Source of the DNA: Deinococcales bacterium
Lineage (GTDB): Bacteria > Deinococcota > Deinococci > Deinococcales > JAAFIG01
NCBI GenBank assembly: GCA_043778225.1
Contig: JAYWGM010000047.1
Span: 1-24,874, forward strand
DNA: 24,874 nucleotides
Direction: 5' to 3'
Below the pieces are notes generated by a model that worked only from the letters and a program-made list of their open reading frames with translations, had not been told where the DNA came from and made no database searches. A program made the translations under genes and the position numbers. This document shows, in pieces, positions 8,510 through 16,441 of this stretch. Position 1 is the first letter of the stretch; every line of letters begins with the position of its first letter.

Positions 8510-9352
8510 ATGAAAAAACTTTTACCGCTTTTACTGGTTTTATCCCTTGGTGTGGCTGCTGCACCAAACAACGCAACCTTCCTGGTTGGGTACGCTGGAT
8601 CCGAAGAAGGTCAGGATTTTGAAGTGCTGGGCGGCATTGCAGGTAGCACTTGGCTCGAGGGCAAAAAAGCAGTGGCGACAGCAGGCATGAAATACAATTC
8701 GTTCTGGGCATTAAATGGCAAAATCAGTGGCTCGAGTGTTGGTGCGGCTAAGGAATCCTATGGTGTGCCTTGCGAAGATACTTACGGTGTGTCATTATCC
8801 CCAGCCCCCAACACAAAAAACTGGGTGATAGGCACAAATGCTACTTGGAATTTGCGCCCTCGAGCCGTGACGGTACTGCCAAATAATAATGGCACATACC
8901 GAGCCGTGGTTTTTGAATACCTCGAGAAACTGGGCTTAAAGAATCCCGAGGTGAACATCACCAGTTTAATTAAAACTGACTTAGACAACGACAAAAAAGA
9001 TGAAATTATTATTGCGGCTACTCGAGTCGAACGCAATGGTTTAATGCCTTCTGTAGGCGCAAAACAAGGCGATTACAGTGTTTTGTTGGTGCGTAAAATT
9101 ATTGCAGGTAAAGTCCAAACGATTGCGCTTGGACAAGAAGTTCACTTAAAGACCCTAACCGCAGCAGATATTGAAGCTGGACGACAGAACAACCCAGACA
9201 TCTGGGATTTTATAAACGTCCTAGACCTTAACGCCGATGGCAAACTCGAGGTGCTGTTCTTTAATGCTATCTACGAGGATTCGGCAGTGTCCGCCGTTCA
9301 ATGGGATGGTAAAAAATTCGTATCACGCCTCATTTCGGGCTGCGGAGTTTAA
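8510..9352 (+). CDS. Secreted hypothetical protein with DxDxD-like loops
   Basis: Signal peptide MKKLLPLLLVLSLGVAA; DLDNDKKDE and DLNADGKLE loops; two Cys (PCED and C-terminal GCGV). Confidence 0.8.
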   Translation: MKKLLPLLLVLSLGVAAAPNNATFLVGYAGSEEGQDFEVLGGIAGSTWLEGKKAVATAGMKYNSFWALNGKISGSSVGAAKESYGVPCEDTYGVSLSPAPNTKNWVIGTNATWNLRPRAVTVLPNNNGTYRAVVFEYLEKLGLKNPEVNITSLIKTDLDNDKKDEIIIAATRVERNGLMPSVGAKQGDYSVLLVRKIIAGKVQTIALGQEVHLKTLTAADIEAGRQNNPDIWDFINVLDLNADGKLEVLFFNAIYEDSAVSAVQWDGKKFVSRLISGCGV

Positions 9353-9400
9353 GAGCAGAAGAAAGAGGAAACCATTTCTCCTTCCTCTTTCTTCTGCTCT
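9352..9400. repeat. Perfect 19-bp inverted repeat (terminator, stabiliser or operator)
   Basis: AGAGCAGAAGAAAGAGGAA (9352-9370), 11-nt loop, TTCCTCTTTCTTCTGCTCT (9382-9400). Confidence 0.85.
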
Positions 9401-9405
9401 CGAGT

Positions 9406-9411
9406 TACACT
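9406..9411 (+). promoter_or_regulatory. -10 box, leaderless ccmA promoter
   Basis: TACACT with 7 nt before GTG 9419; no SD. Confidence 0.65.
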
Positions 9412-9418
9412 AACATTT

Positions 9419-10063
9419 GTGAATGCAGTTGAATTGACAGGCTTGGTGCATCGTTATCAGCGCTCGTATGTGCTGCGCGGTACGAGCCTTGTCTTGCCTA
9501 AAAATCAAATTCTGGCGTTATACGGCGCGAATGGCTCTGGTAAAACCACGTTACTAAAAATTATTGCCTCGAGTCTTGTGCCAACAAGGGGTTCTGGCAG
9601 TATTCTTGGTATAGACCTTCGCAATCGGCTCGAATTACGCGGTCAAGTCTTAATTGTTTCGCACAGCCTTGGCTTTTACCCCGACCTGACTGGCACAGAA
9701 AATCTTGAGTTTGCCTTAAAAATGCACGACAAAACCGCCAATATCAAAGCCGCCCTTGAGGAAGTTGGTTTGCACAGCCAAAATCGGGTACGTGGTTACT
9801 CGAGCGGTATGAGAAAACGTCTGGCACTGGCTAAAATGCTGCTGCTCGAGCCAGATTTGATACTGCTGGATGAACCCTTTGCGGCGCTTGACCCTGAAGG
9901 GAAGAACTTGGTCGAAAAACTGATTCTCGAGCAACAACAACGCGGTGCGACTTTAATTATCGCCTCACATGAACCTGAACGCACCAATAAAATTGCCACG
10001 CTGGCAGTCATGCTCGAGAACGGCCTTATCTCTGAACCTCGAGAACCCGAGGTGGATTTATGA
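9419..10063 (+). CDS. ccmA: Heme ABC exporter ATP-binding protein
   Basis: Walker A GANGSGKTT, YSSGMRKRLAL signature, LLDEPF; directly precedes ccmB. Confidence 0.9.
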   Translation: MNAVELTGLVHRYQRSYVLRGTSLVLPKNQILALYGANGSGKTTLLKIIASSLVPTRGSGSILGIDLRNRLELRGQVLIVSHSLGFYPDLTGTENLEFALKMHDKTANIKAALEEVGLHSQNRVRGYSSGMRKRLALAKMLLLEPDLILLDEPFAALDPEGKNLVEKLILEQQQRGATLIIASHEPERTNKIATLAVMLENGLISEPREPEVDL

Positions 10064-10734
10064 AGGCTTGGAAAATTGTTCTGACGATTGCCCTAAAAGA
10101 TTGGCAAGTTGAGGGTCGCGCTCGAGATGTACTGGCAGCCACCCTATTTTTTGCGGTGTTGGTGGTCACGATTCTGGCTTTTGCTTTTGGTCCAGAAACG
10201 CGCCGACTGCGCGAGGCTGCGCCGGGCATCCTTTGGGTGGCGATTGCCTTTGCCAGTATTTTGGCGGCTTCTCGGGCATTCGCTTCTGAATCCGAAGATG
10301 GGGCGCTTGAGACCCTGCTTTTGTATCCTGTGCCGCACGAACTGATTTATCTTGGAAAGTTACTTGGCAATCTGGGTTTGATGCTGGTTTTGGCACTGGT
10401 GATTGCGCCATTTAGTTTGCTGCTGTACGGTGTGAGTGTTGCTGGGCGCGAATTACCGTTTGCCTTAACCGTATTTTTAGGGGTGATGGGTTTTAGCATT
10501 ATCTCGAGTTTCCAAAGTGCTTTAACCATCAACTTGCGCTCGAGAGAGAGTTTACTGCCCGTGCTGATTTTCCCGATTGTTGTACCCGTGGTGATTGCCA
10601 GTGTCAAAGCCACGGTTGGGTTAACCATGCCAGATTCGGGCGAGGACATTTGGGGTTGGATTCGTTTACTGGCGGGGTTTAACACTGTGTACCTTGTGGT
10701 TTGTACACTGGCGTTTCCGTATGCAGTAGAGTAA
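10060..10734 (+). CDS. ccmB: Heme exporter permease CcmB
   Basis: Six TM helices; APGILW, EDGALE and ESLLPVLIFP motifs. Confidence 0.92.
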   Translation: MKAWKIVLTIALKDWQVEGRARDVLAATLFFAVLVVTILAFAFGPETRRLREAAPGILWVAIAFASILAASRAFASESEDGALETLLLYPVPHELIYLGKLLGNLGLMLVLALVIAPFSLLLYGVSVAGRELPFALTVFLGVMGFSIISSFQSALTINLRSRESLLPVLIFPIVVPVVIASVKATVGLTMPDSGEDIWGWIRLLAGFNTVYLVVCTLAFPYAVE

Positions 10735-10743
10735 GGTAGACCC

Positions 10744-10938
10744 ATGCAAACTGTGACTATCAATGCCACATGGGATGAGGAAGCTCGAGTTTGGGTTGCT
10801 GAATCCAATGATGTTCCGGGGCTTGCTACGGGTTCTGCTTCACTTGAATTACTGGCAGAAAAATTGCGTTTTTTAGTTCCAGAATTATTAGAAGTCAATC
10901 ACCTATTTTCTCGTGTGCGTATTCAAATACAGGCTTAA
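10744..10938 (+). CDS. DUF1902 (HicB-like) antitoxin, possibly prematurely terminated
   Basis: INATWDEEARVWVAESNDVPGLATG...LVPELLEVN is the DUF1902 pattern; the frame continues RELVAAD* to 10962 after the TAA. Confidence 0.75.
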   Translation: MQTVTINATWDEEARVWVAESNDVPGLATGSASLELLAEKLRFLVPELLEVNHLFSRVRIQIQA

Positions 10939-10972
10939 CGCGAATTGGTTGCGGCTGATTGATGGCAGAGTA

Positions 10973-10996
10973 TCCTTCCCCTAACATGGGGAAGGA
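10973..10996. repeat. 9-bp hairpin
   Basis: TCCTTCCCC-taacat-GGGGAAGGA. Confidence 0.65.
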
Positions 10997-11028
10997 CTTA
11001 TGTTCAACTTAATTTCACTTTTGTTGCG

Positions 11029-11034
11029 TACAAT
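11029..11034 (+). promoter_or_regulatory. -10 box, probable leaderless ccmC promoter
   Basis: TACAAT with 6 nt before ATG 11041. Confidence 0.6.
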
Positions 11035-11040
11035 CTAGGT

Positions 11041-11763
11041 ATGAAGAAGCTGACTTTTGCGCCTTGGCTCACCCCAGCACTGGGTTTCTCGAGCATTAGC
11101 ATTATTGTAGTGGCTTTGGTTTTTACTTTTACTGCCCAACCAGACGTGCTGCAAGGCTATTTAACACGAATTTTACCAATTCATGTTGGCTCAAGTTGGC
11201 TGGCATACTTGTCGTTTGGTTTAACGGCTGTGTTTGGCTTGACCTATTTGATTACCCGCAATCATCACTGGGACAGGTTGTCCTTAGCCAGTACCGAAAT
11301 TGGCGTGGTTTTTATTGTGCTGTCCTTATTTAGCGGTGCGCTTTGGGGTCGTCCAACGTGGGGTGCGTACTGGACGTGGGGCGATGCCCGTTTGACCAGC
11401 ACCGCCTTAATGCTGCTGGTTTATATTGGACTGCTGATGGTGCGTGGCATGATTGAGGACAGCGGTCGTCGGGCGCGAGTCAGTGCCGTCATTGGCATTG
11501 TGGCAAGTGTTGGCGTGCCTATCAATTACATGAGCGTCTATTGGTGGAGTACACTGCATCAAACACCAACGGTCTCGATTGCTGAACGGCGCAGTGCTTT
11601 ACAAAACGATGGAATCCTAATTGGGTTTTTACTTGCATTGCTCGGGTTTACGATGTTGTACATTTATTTGCTGCGTTTGCGTGGGCAACTTGCATTACAA
11701 CAAGCCCGTCTCGAGGAACGCGAGCTTGACCTCGAACTAAAAGGAGTGTTGGCGCATGATTAA
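11041..11763 (+). CDS. ccmC: Heme exporter protein CcmC
   Basis: WWD motif WGRPTWGAYWTWGDARLT; conserved His in IHVG and TLHQ. Confidence 0.95.
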   Translation: MKKLTFAPWLTPALGFSSISIIVVALVFTFTAQPDVLQGYLTRILPIHVGSSWLAYLSFGLTAVFGLTYLITRNHHWDRLSLASTEIGVVFIVLSLFSGALWGRPTWGAYWTWGDARLTSTALMLLVYIGLLMVRGMIEDSGRRARVSAVIGIVASVGVPINYMSVYWWSTLHQTPTVSIAERRSALQNDGILIGFLLALLGFTMLYIYLLRLRGQLALQQARLEERELDLELKGVLAHD

Positions 11764-11783
11764 CTTGTCAATCGAGGCTTACA

Positions 11784-11939
11784 ATGTCTGAACAATTGGG
11801 TAGCCCAAACCAATGGGATGTTTTTGTCTTCTGGGTATATGGCGCTGCAATTGTCTTGTTGGGTGGCTATGTCTGGTATTTGGTACGCCTAAATAAACGT
11901 CTCAAAGAACAAGAAAAAGAATTCGAGGTGAAACCATGA
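11784..11939 (+). CDS. ccmD: Heme exporter protein CcmD (51 aa, absent from the ORF track)
   Basis: MSEQLGSPNQWDVFVFWVYGAAIVLLGGYVWYLVRLNKRLKEQEKEFEVKP: FVxxxYG TM helix plus charged tail; GAGG upstream; ATGA overlap with ccmE; lies between ccmC and ccmE. Confidence 0.85.
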   Translation: MSEQLGSPNQWDVFVFWVYGAAIVLLGGYVWYLVRLNKRLKEQEKEFEVKP

Positions 11940-12376
11940 AAGGCAATACCAAATACTTAATCGGTGCGTTTGTGGTTTTAATTGGCATTGGGATTATCCT
12001 GACCTCGAGCCTACAAAATAATCTGGTTTTTTTTATTACGCCATCCGAATTTAGCCGCGAACAAACCAAGTATGCCAACCGTACCATTCGCCTAGGCGGC
12101 GTGGTTGAACCAGGCAGTGTCAAATTTAACCGCGAAACTTTGGATGTGACCTTCAAAATATCCGATGGCACAACTGTGCTGCCAATCACGCACCGAGGTA
12201 CGCCACCAGATTTATTCCGCGAAGGCATGGGCGTAACGGTTCAGGGCAGACTCGAGAATAATGCTTTCAAATCCGACGAGTTATTGGTGCGGCACTCCGA
12301 AGAATACCGTGCGCCAAAACCGGGCGAAAAACTCGATTACAGCCGAATCATAGATGCGATTAAGGATAGCCAATGA
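11936..12376 (+). CDS. ccmE: Heme chaperone CcmE
   Basis: IRLGGVV.PGSV, PDLFREG and heme-binding HxxxY (HSEEY). Confidence 0.95.
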   Translation: MKGNTKYLIGAFVVLIGIGIILTSSLQNNLVFFITPSEFSREQTKYANRTIRLGGVVEPGSVKFNRETLDVTFKISDGTTVLPITHRGTPPDLFREGMGVTVQGRLENNAFKSDELLVRHSEEYRAPKPGEKLDYSRIIDAIKDSQ

Positions 12377-12927
12377 CCCAGTTGCTCGAGCCTCCGAAGG
12401 AAGGGAAACTCGAATTTGCCTTGTCGGACTTCGAGTGGCTATCCGAGCAGGGTTTTTTTGGTAATCAACACGTTGAATTACTGAATGGAGAAATTTTTGT
12501 GAAAGGTCAGCAAGGGTTTCGTCATGCACAAGCCATTCGTGGACTTAATGAGCAATTTGTGCTTGGTTTACAAGCCTACGCCTCGAGCCAATGCCCAATG
12601 GTTTTAATCAATCCACCACCTGATTTTGTTGAACCCGATTTAGCCTTGTTGCACCTGCCCAAAGAACAATATGGTCAGCGTGACGTGAACAGCACTGATG
12701 CGTACTTGGTGATTGAAATTTCGGACAGCACTTTAAAAGCCGAAAAACTCGAAGCATATGCAAGGAATCTTGTGCCAGAGTATTGGATTTATAATCTCAA
12801 TGCCAATTGGCTCGAGGTCTACCGTTCTCCAAATGGAAAGACCTATGCCGAGGTGCAAAAATACAGCGTCGGTCAGATGGTCGCACCACTCGAGTTTCCA
12901 GATTGTGCGGTTCAATGGTGGGTTTAG
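12373..12927 (+). CDS. Uma2/DUF820 family PD-(D/E)xK endonuclease-like protein
   Basis: VELLNGEI, EPDLA, LVIEISDST and VPEYWIYNL motifs. Confidence 0.88.
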   Translation: MTQLLEPPKEGKLEFALSDFEWLSEQGFFGNQHVELLNGEIFVKGQQGFRHAQAIRGLNEQFVLGLQAYASSQCPMVLINPPPDFVEPDLALLHLPKEQYGQRDVNSTDAYLVIEISDSTLKAEKLEAYARNLVPEYWIYNLNANWLEVYRSPNGKTYAEVQKYSVGQMVAPLEFPDCAVQWWV

Positions 12928-12935
12928 GGGGGTTA

Positions 12936-13181
12936 ATGACAACGATTCATGTTGAACAATCAAATCAGAACGTCAATAGTGTTTTAAGCCAAGTTCAAGA
13001 TTCGGCTTTGTTGGTCAATTCTGTCGGTGAGGAATTCGTGGTGATGTCCAAAAAAGAATGGGATTCTTGGCAGGAAACCTTGTATCTGATGAGTAATCCT
13101 GTCAATGCAGCGCGGATTCTCGAGGGGATTAGGCAGATTAAAGCTGGTCAGACGATTAAGAAGAATCTTTCGGAATTATGA
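12936..13181 (+). CDS. yefM: YefM/Phd-family antitoxin
   Basis: VVMSKKEWDSWQETLYLMSNPVNAARILEGI; ATG 12936 follows a G-rich SD; coupled to yoeB. Confidence 0.85.
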   Translation: MTTIHVEQSNQNVNSVLSQVQDSALLVNSVGEEFVVMSKKEWDSWQETLYLMSNPVNAARILEGIRQIKAGQTIKKNLSEL

Positions 13182-13436
13182 ATCTTGAGTTTTCACAAAT
13201 TGCTTGGGAAGATTATTTGTGGTTTCAACAGCAATGAACCAAAGTCAATCAAGAAGATCAATCGGCTTATCGAAGAAAGTAAAAGAACTCCTTTTGCAGG
13301 AACGGGAAAACCCGAAGCACTCAAACATGATTATGCGGGTTTTTGGTCAAGGCGGATAACAGATGAACACCGAATTATTTATCAAGTCCGTGGAGAACAA
13401 TTGTTCATTGCTTCGTGTCGGTTTCATTATGAATAA
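13178..13436 (+). pseudogene. yoeB: YoeB/Txe toxin split by one extra base (frameshift)
   Basis: ATG 13178 gives MNLEFSQIAWEDYLWFQQQ* (stop 13235-13237). The rest (NEPKSIKKINRLI...GTGKPEALKH...WSRRITDEHRIIY...CRFHY) is in the +1 frame. Confidence 0.85.
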
Positions 13437-13445
13437 GGGGTTTGC

Positions 13446-15407
13446 ATGAGTTGGATTGGGGAAGTCACGGTTTTAACAGCACTGGTGTTCTGTGTTTTTG
13501 GTTTGTTCACGGCGTGGCGGGCAGCCACCACCTTGGATGCGCGGCTCGAGCAAACCGCACGACGCACGGCTGGAATTACTTTGTTGTTCTCGAGTGCTGG
13601 CTTAGGGATTTTATGGGCAGCACTTTTAACCAACGATACTTCGGTGCGTTATGTGGCAAATCATAGTGTTTCGACCAGTCCATTGTGGGTCAAAATTGTC
13701 AGTTTATGGGGCGCACTCGAGGGCAGTATTTTACTTTGGGCATGGATTTTGGCGGTTTTTACGGCGGTGCTGGCGTGGGTCGCCAAGCCCGATGCCCTGC
13801 GCCCCTATGCGCTGGCAGTGATGTTCTTTATTCTGACTTTTTTTCTGGGAATTAACGCCAGTGTCGGTAGCCCATTTATCGAAGTACCGATACCACCATT
13901 GGATGGTCGGGGTCCAAATGCGTTGCTGCAAAACCATTGGATGATGGCGGTGCATCCAGTCTTAATGTACATTGGTTTTGTGGGCTTAACCGTGCCGTTT
14001 GCCTATGCCATGGCGGCGCTCTTAACTGGGCAAGTCGGCGAGGCGTGGCTGGTGCAGACTCGGCGTTGGACGATGACGGCTTGGATTTTTTTAAGTGCCG
14101 CGATTATTGCTGGTGGCTGGTGGAGCTATGAAGTGCTGGGTTGGGGCGGTTACTGGGCATGGGATCCAGTCGAGAATGCCAGTATTATCCCGTGGTTTTT
14201 TGCGACCGCTTTTATTCACAGCTTACAAATTCAAGAACGCCGCCGAATGTTGGTTGGTTGGAACATGGGCTTAATCGTGGCGGCTTTTACCAGCACGCTG
14301 CTGGGTACTTTTTTAACCCGCAGTGGCATTGTACAAAGCGTCCATGCCTTTGCGGCTGGCGCAATCGGACCTGTGTTTTTTGGTTTTCTGGTGGTGGTGT
14401 TGGTTCTAACGCTTGGTATTGGCTACAAAAAACTGCACTTAATCCGCGATGAACACCAACTCGATAGTCCAGTCTCTCGAGAAGGGGCGTTTTTGATGGG
14501 CAATTTATTATTCTCGAGTTATGCCGCCACCGTTTTAATTGGTACACTCTTTCCGGTTTTTGTCGAAGGCTTTACGGGTGCAAAATCCTCGGTTGGAGCG
14601 CCATTTTTTAATGCCGTTGGTGTGCCGCTTGGACTGGGTATTTTGGGCTTACAAGCCATTGGTCCCGCCTTGGGCTGGCGACGTGCCACTGGTGAGGGTC
14701 TGCGCCAAAGCCTGACAATACCAGCCATTTTGGCAGTCGTCATGACCGTGCTTGGTTTTGTCTTGGGCGCTCGAGAATGGTCGGTGGTGCTGACGGTATT
14801 TTTTGCCTTCTTTAATATTTTTGTGATTGTGCGCCTGACCGATAAAGCCATTCAAAGCCGTCGCAAAGCCGTGGGGCAATCGTGGTTAGCCGCCATTGGC
14901 GATTTGGTCAATGCTTTCCCAAGGCGTTATGGGGCATATATTGCTCATTTTGGGGTGGTCGTGATCGCTTTGGGGATTGCTTTTAGTGGAGCATACAAAA
15001 CCGAGCAAGAAGTCAGTTTTAAGATTGGCGAAAATAAAACCGTGCTTGGGCATAACGTTACTTATTTGCGTTTGGCGGGCGAAGAACAACCAGACCGCTT
15101 TGTCAATGCTGCCGAAATTTTACTCGATGGTCAGAGCTTTTTTCCAGCCCAAAACCAGTATAAAACCCAACAGATGAATGTGGCGACACCCGCCGTGCAG
15201 TACAATTTTCTGGGCGATTTTTATGTAATTTTCTTATCGGCAGACGAAAAAGGCAGCCAAGTTGCCTTAAAATTTATCAACAGCCCATTGGTCAGTTGGA
15301 TTTGGTTTGGCGGACTGATTATCGTGATTGGTGCAGGATTAACCCTGATTCCAGCCATTCAAGTCCAAGCCTCGAGAAAGAAGAACGAAATGGTTGCAGC
15401 AGATTAG
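13446..15407 (+). CDS. ccmF: Cytochrome c heme lyase CcmF
   Basis: YVANHS, WGALEGS, VHP, WSYEVLGWGGYWAWDPVEN, FIHS and SVHAF motifs. Confidence 0.97.
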   Translation: MSWIGEVTVLTALVFCVFGLFTAWRAATTLDARLEQTARRTAGITLLFSSAGLGILWAALLTNDTSVRYVANHSVSTSPLWVKIVSLWGALEGSILLWAWILAVFTAVLAWVAKPDALRPYALAVMFFILTFFLGINASVGSPFIEVPIPPLDGRGPNALLQNHWMMAVHPVLMYIGFVGLTVPFAYAMAALLTGQVGEAWLVQTRRWTMTAWIFLSAAIIAGGWWSYEVLGWGGYWAWDPVENASIIPWFFATAFIHSLQIQERRRMLVGWNMGLIVAAFTSTLLGTFLTRSGIVQSVHAFAAGAIGPVFFGFLVVVLVLTLGIGYKKLHLIRDEHQLDSPVSREGAFLMGNLLFSSYAATVLIGTLFPVFVEGFTGAKSSVGAPFFNAVGVPLGLGILGLQAIGPALGWRRATGEGLRQSLTIPAILAVVMTVLGFVLGAREWSVVLTVFFAFFNIFVIVRLTDKAIQSRRKAVGQSWLAAIGDLVNAFPRRYGAYIAHFGVVVIALGIAFSGAYKTEQEVSFKIGENKTVLGHNVTYLRLAGEEQPDRFVNAAEILLDGQSFFPAQNQYKTQQMNVATPAVQYNFLGDFYVIFLSADEKGSQVALKFINSPLVSWIWFGGLIIVIGAGLTLIPAIQVQASRKKNEMVAAD

Positions 15408-15416
15408 GGAGTAAGC

Positions 15417-15959
15417 ATGAAAAAAGGATTCACCAACATTATTATTATTGGCGTGGTCATTGCGATTCTAGCAGTGCTGCTTGGTGGCTTACTCAGTCCG
15501 ACCAGTCCAAGTAACAAAAGTACGGCGGCACTCGAGGGTAAAGTCGCACCTGTTTTTGACTTAGCTATGATTAACGGCGGCAGAATTAAGCTCGAGCAAT
15601 TTAAGGGTAAACCCGTAGTCCTAAATTTCTTTGCGTCGTGGTGCGTGCCTTGTAAAGACGAAGCCCCGATGTTCTCGAGGGCGGCGGTTGAATACAGTAA
15701 AAAAGGTGTGGTTTTTTTGGGCATTGCTTACAACGATAAAGCCGATAAAGCTAAAGAATTTGCCAATCAATTCGACCTTGGTTTTCCAATTATGATGGAT
15801 GACTCGAGCGACAACGGACGAACCAGTGTTAAATATGCACTTTTTGGTGTGCCAGAAACCTTTTTTATAGACAAAAATGGTGTGGTGCAAAAACATTATC
15901 CTAAGCCAATCGAGCGCCCCGAACTCGAGGCTGGCTTAAAACTGGTGGGGGTAGAATGA
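15417..15959 (+). CDS. ccmG: Thiol:disulfide oxidoreductase CcmG/TlpA
   Basis: N-terminal TM helix, NFFASWCVPC, GVPETFFID. Confidence 0.9.
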   Translation: MKKGFTNIIIIGVVIAILAVLLGGLLSPTSPSNKSTAALEGKVAPVFDLAMINGGRIKLEQFKGKPVVLNFFASWCVPCKDEAPMFSRAAVEYSKKGVVFLGIAYNDKADKAKEFANQFDLGFPIMMDDSSDNGRTSVKYALFGVPETFFIDKNGVVQKHYPKPIERPELEAGLKLVGVE

Positions 15960-16441
15960 AAATCGTTGTTCTTGTGTTGTTGTTGTTTTCTGTTGCCCTT
16001 GCTCAATCAGACGCAAACCTCGAGAATAGGGTTCGTGCCATTGGTAATGAATTGCGTTGCCCCGTCTGTGGTGGTTCTGCTTTGACCGAAAGCCCATCGG
16101 ATTTTGCCCGCAGTATGCTTTCTGAGGTTCGGGCGCAAGTTAAAGCGGGTAAACCAGATGCAGAAATTTTTTCGTACTTCTCGGGTAAATACGGCAATAC
16201 GGTGCTACTCAAACCCCCATTTCAAGGAGTCAATATGATTATCTGGATTTTACCACTATTGGTCTTGGTCGCGGGTGCTGTCGTGCTGTGGAATTACTTA
16301 AAACGCAGCAGTCAGCAAAAACTTGAAATTGTCAATCCTGTGGCACTCGAGCAAGTTCGTAAGCAACTCGAGGCACAGCGCGACCAAACATATAACCCTG
16401 CAAGCCACGTAGCGCAAAGTGGTGCAAGTACAAATTTATGA
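15956..16441 (+). CDS. ccmH: CcmH/CycL
   Basis: Signal peptide, LRCPVC, YGNTVLLKPP, C-terminal TM helix. Confidence 0.92.
   Translation: MKIVVLVLLLFSVALAQSDANLENRVRAIGNELRCPVCGGSALTESPSDFARSMLSEVRAQVKAGKPDAEIFSYFSGKYGNTVLLKPPFQGVNMIIWILPLLVLVAGAVVLWNYLKRSSQQKLEIVNPVALEQVRKQLEAQRDQTYNPASHVAQSGASTNL

Noticed and set aside
12807..13436. ORF-track starts at 12807 (yefM) and 13185 (yoeB)
   Set aside because: 12807 lies inside Uma2, so the better start is 12936. The TTG at 13185 gives a non-homologous N-terminus; the real one begins at 13178 in another frame.
16399..16426. Imperfect hairpin TGCA-ag-CCAC...GTGG-TGCA in the ccmH tail as another in-frame repeat insertion
   Set aside because: Weak stem and no second copy in the window.
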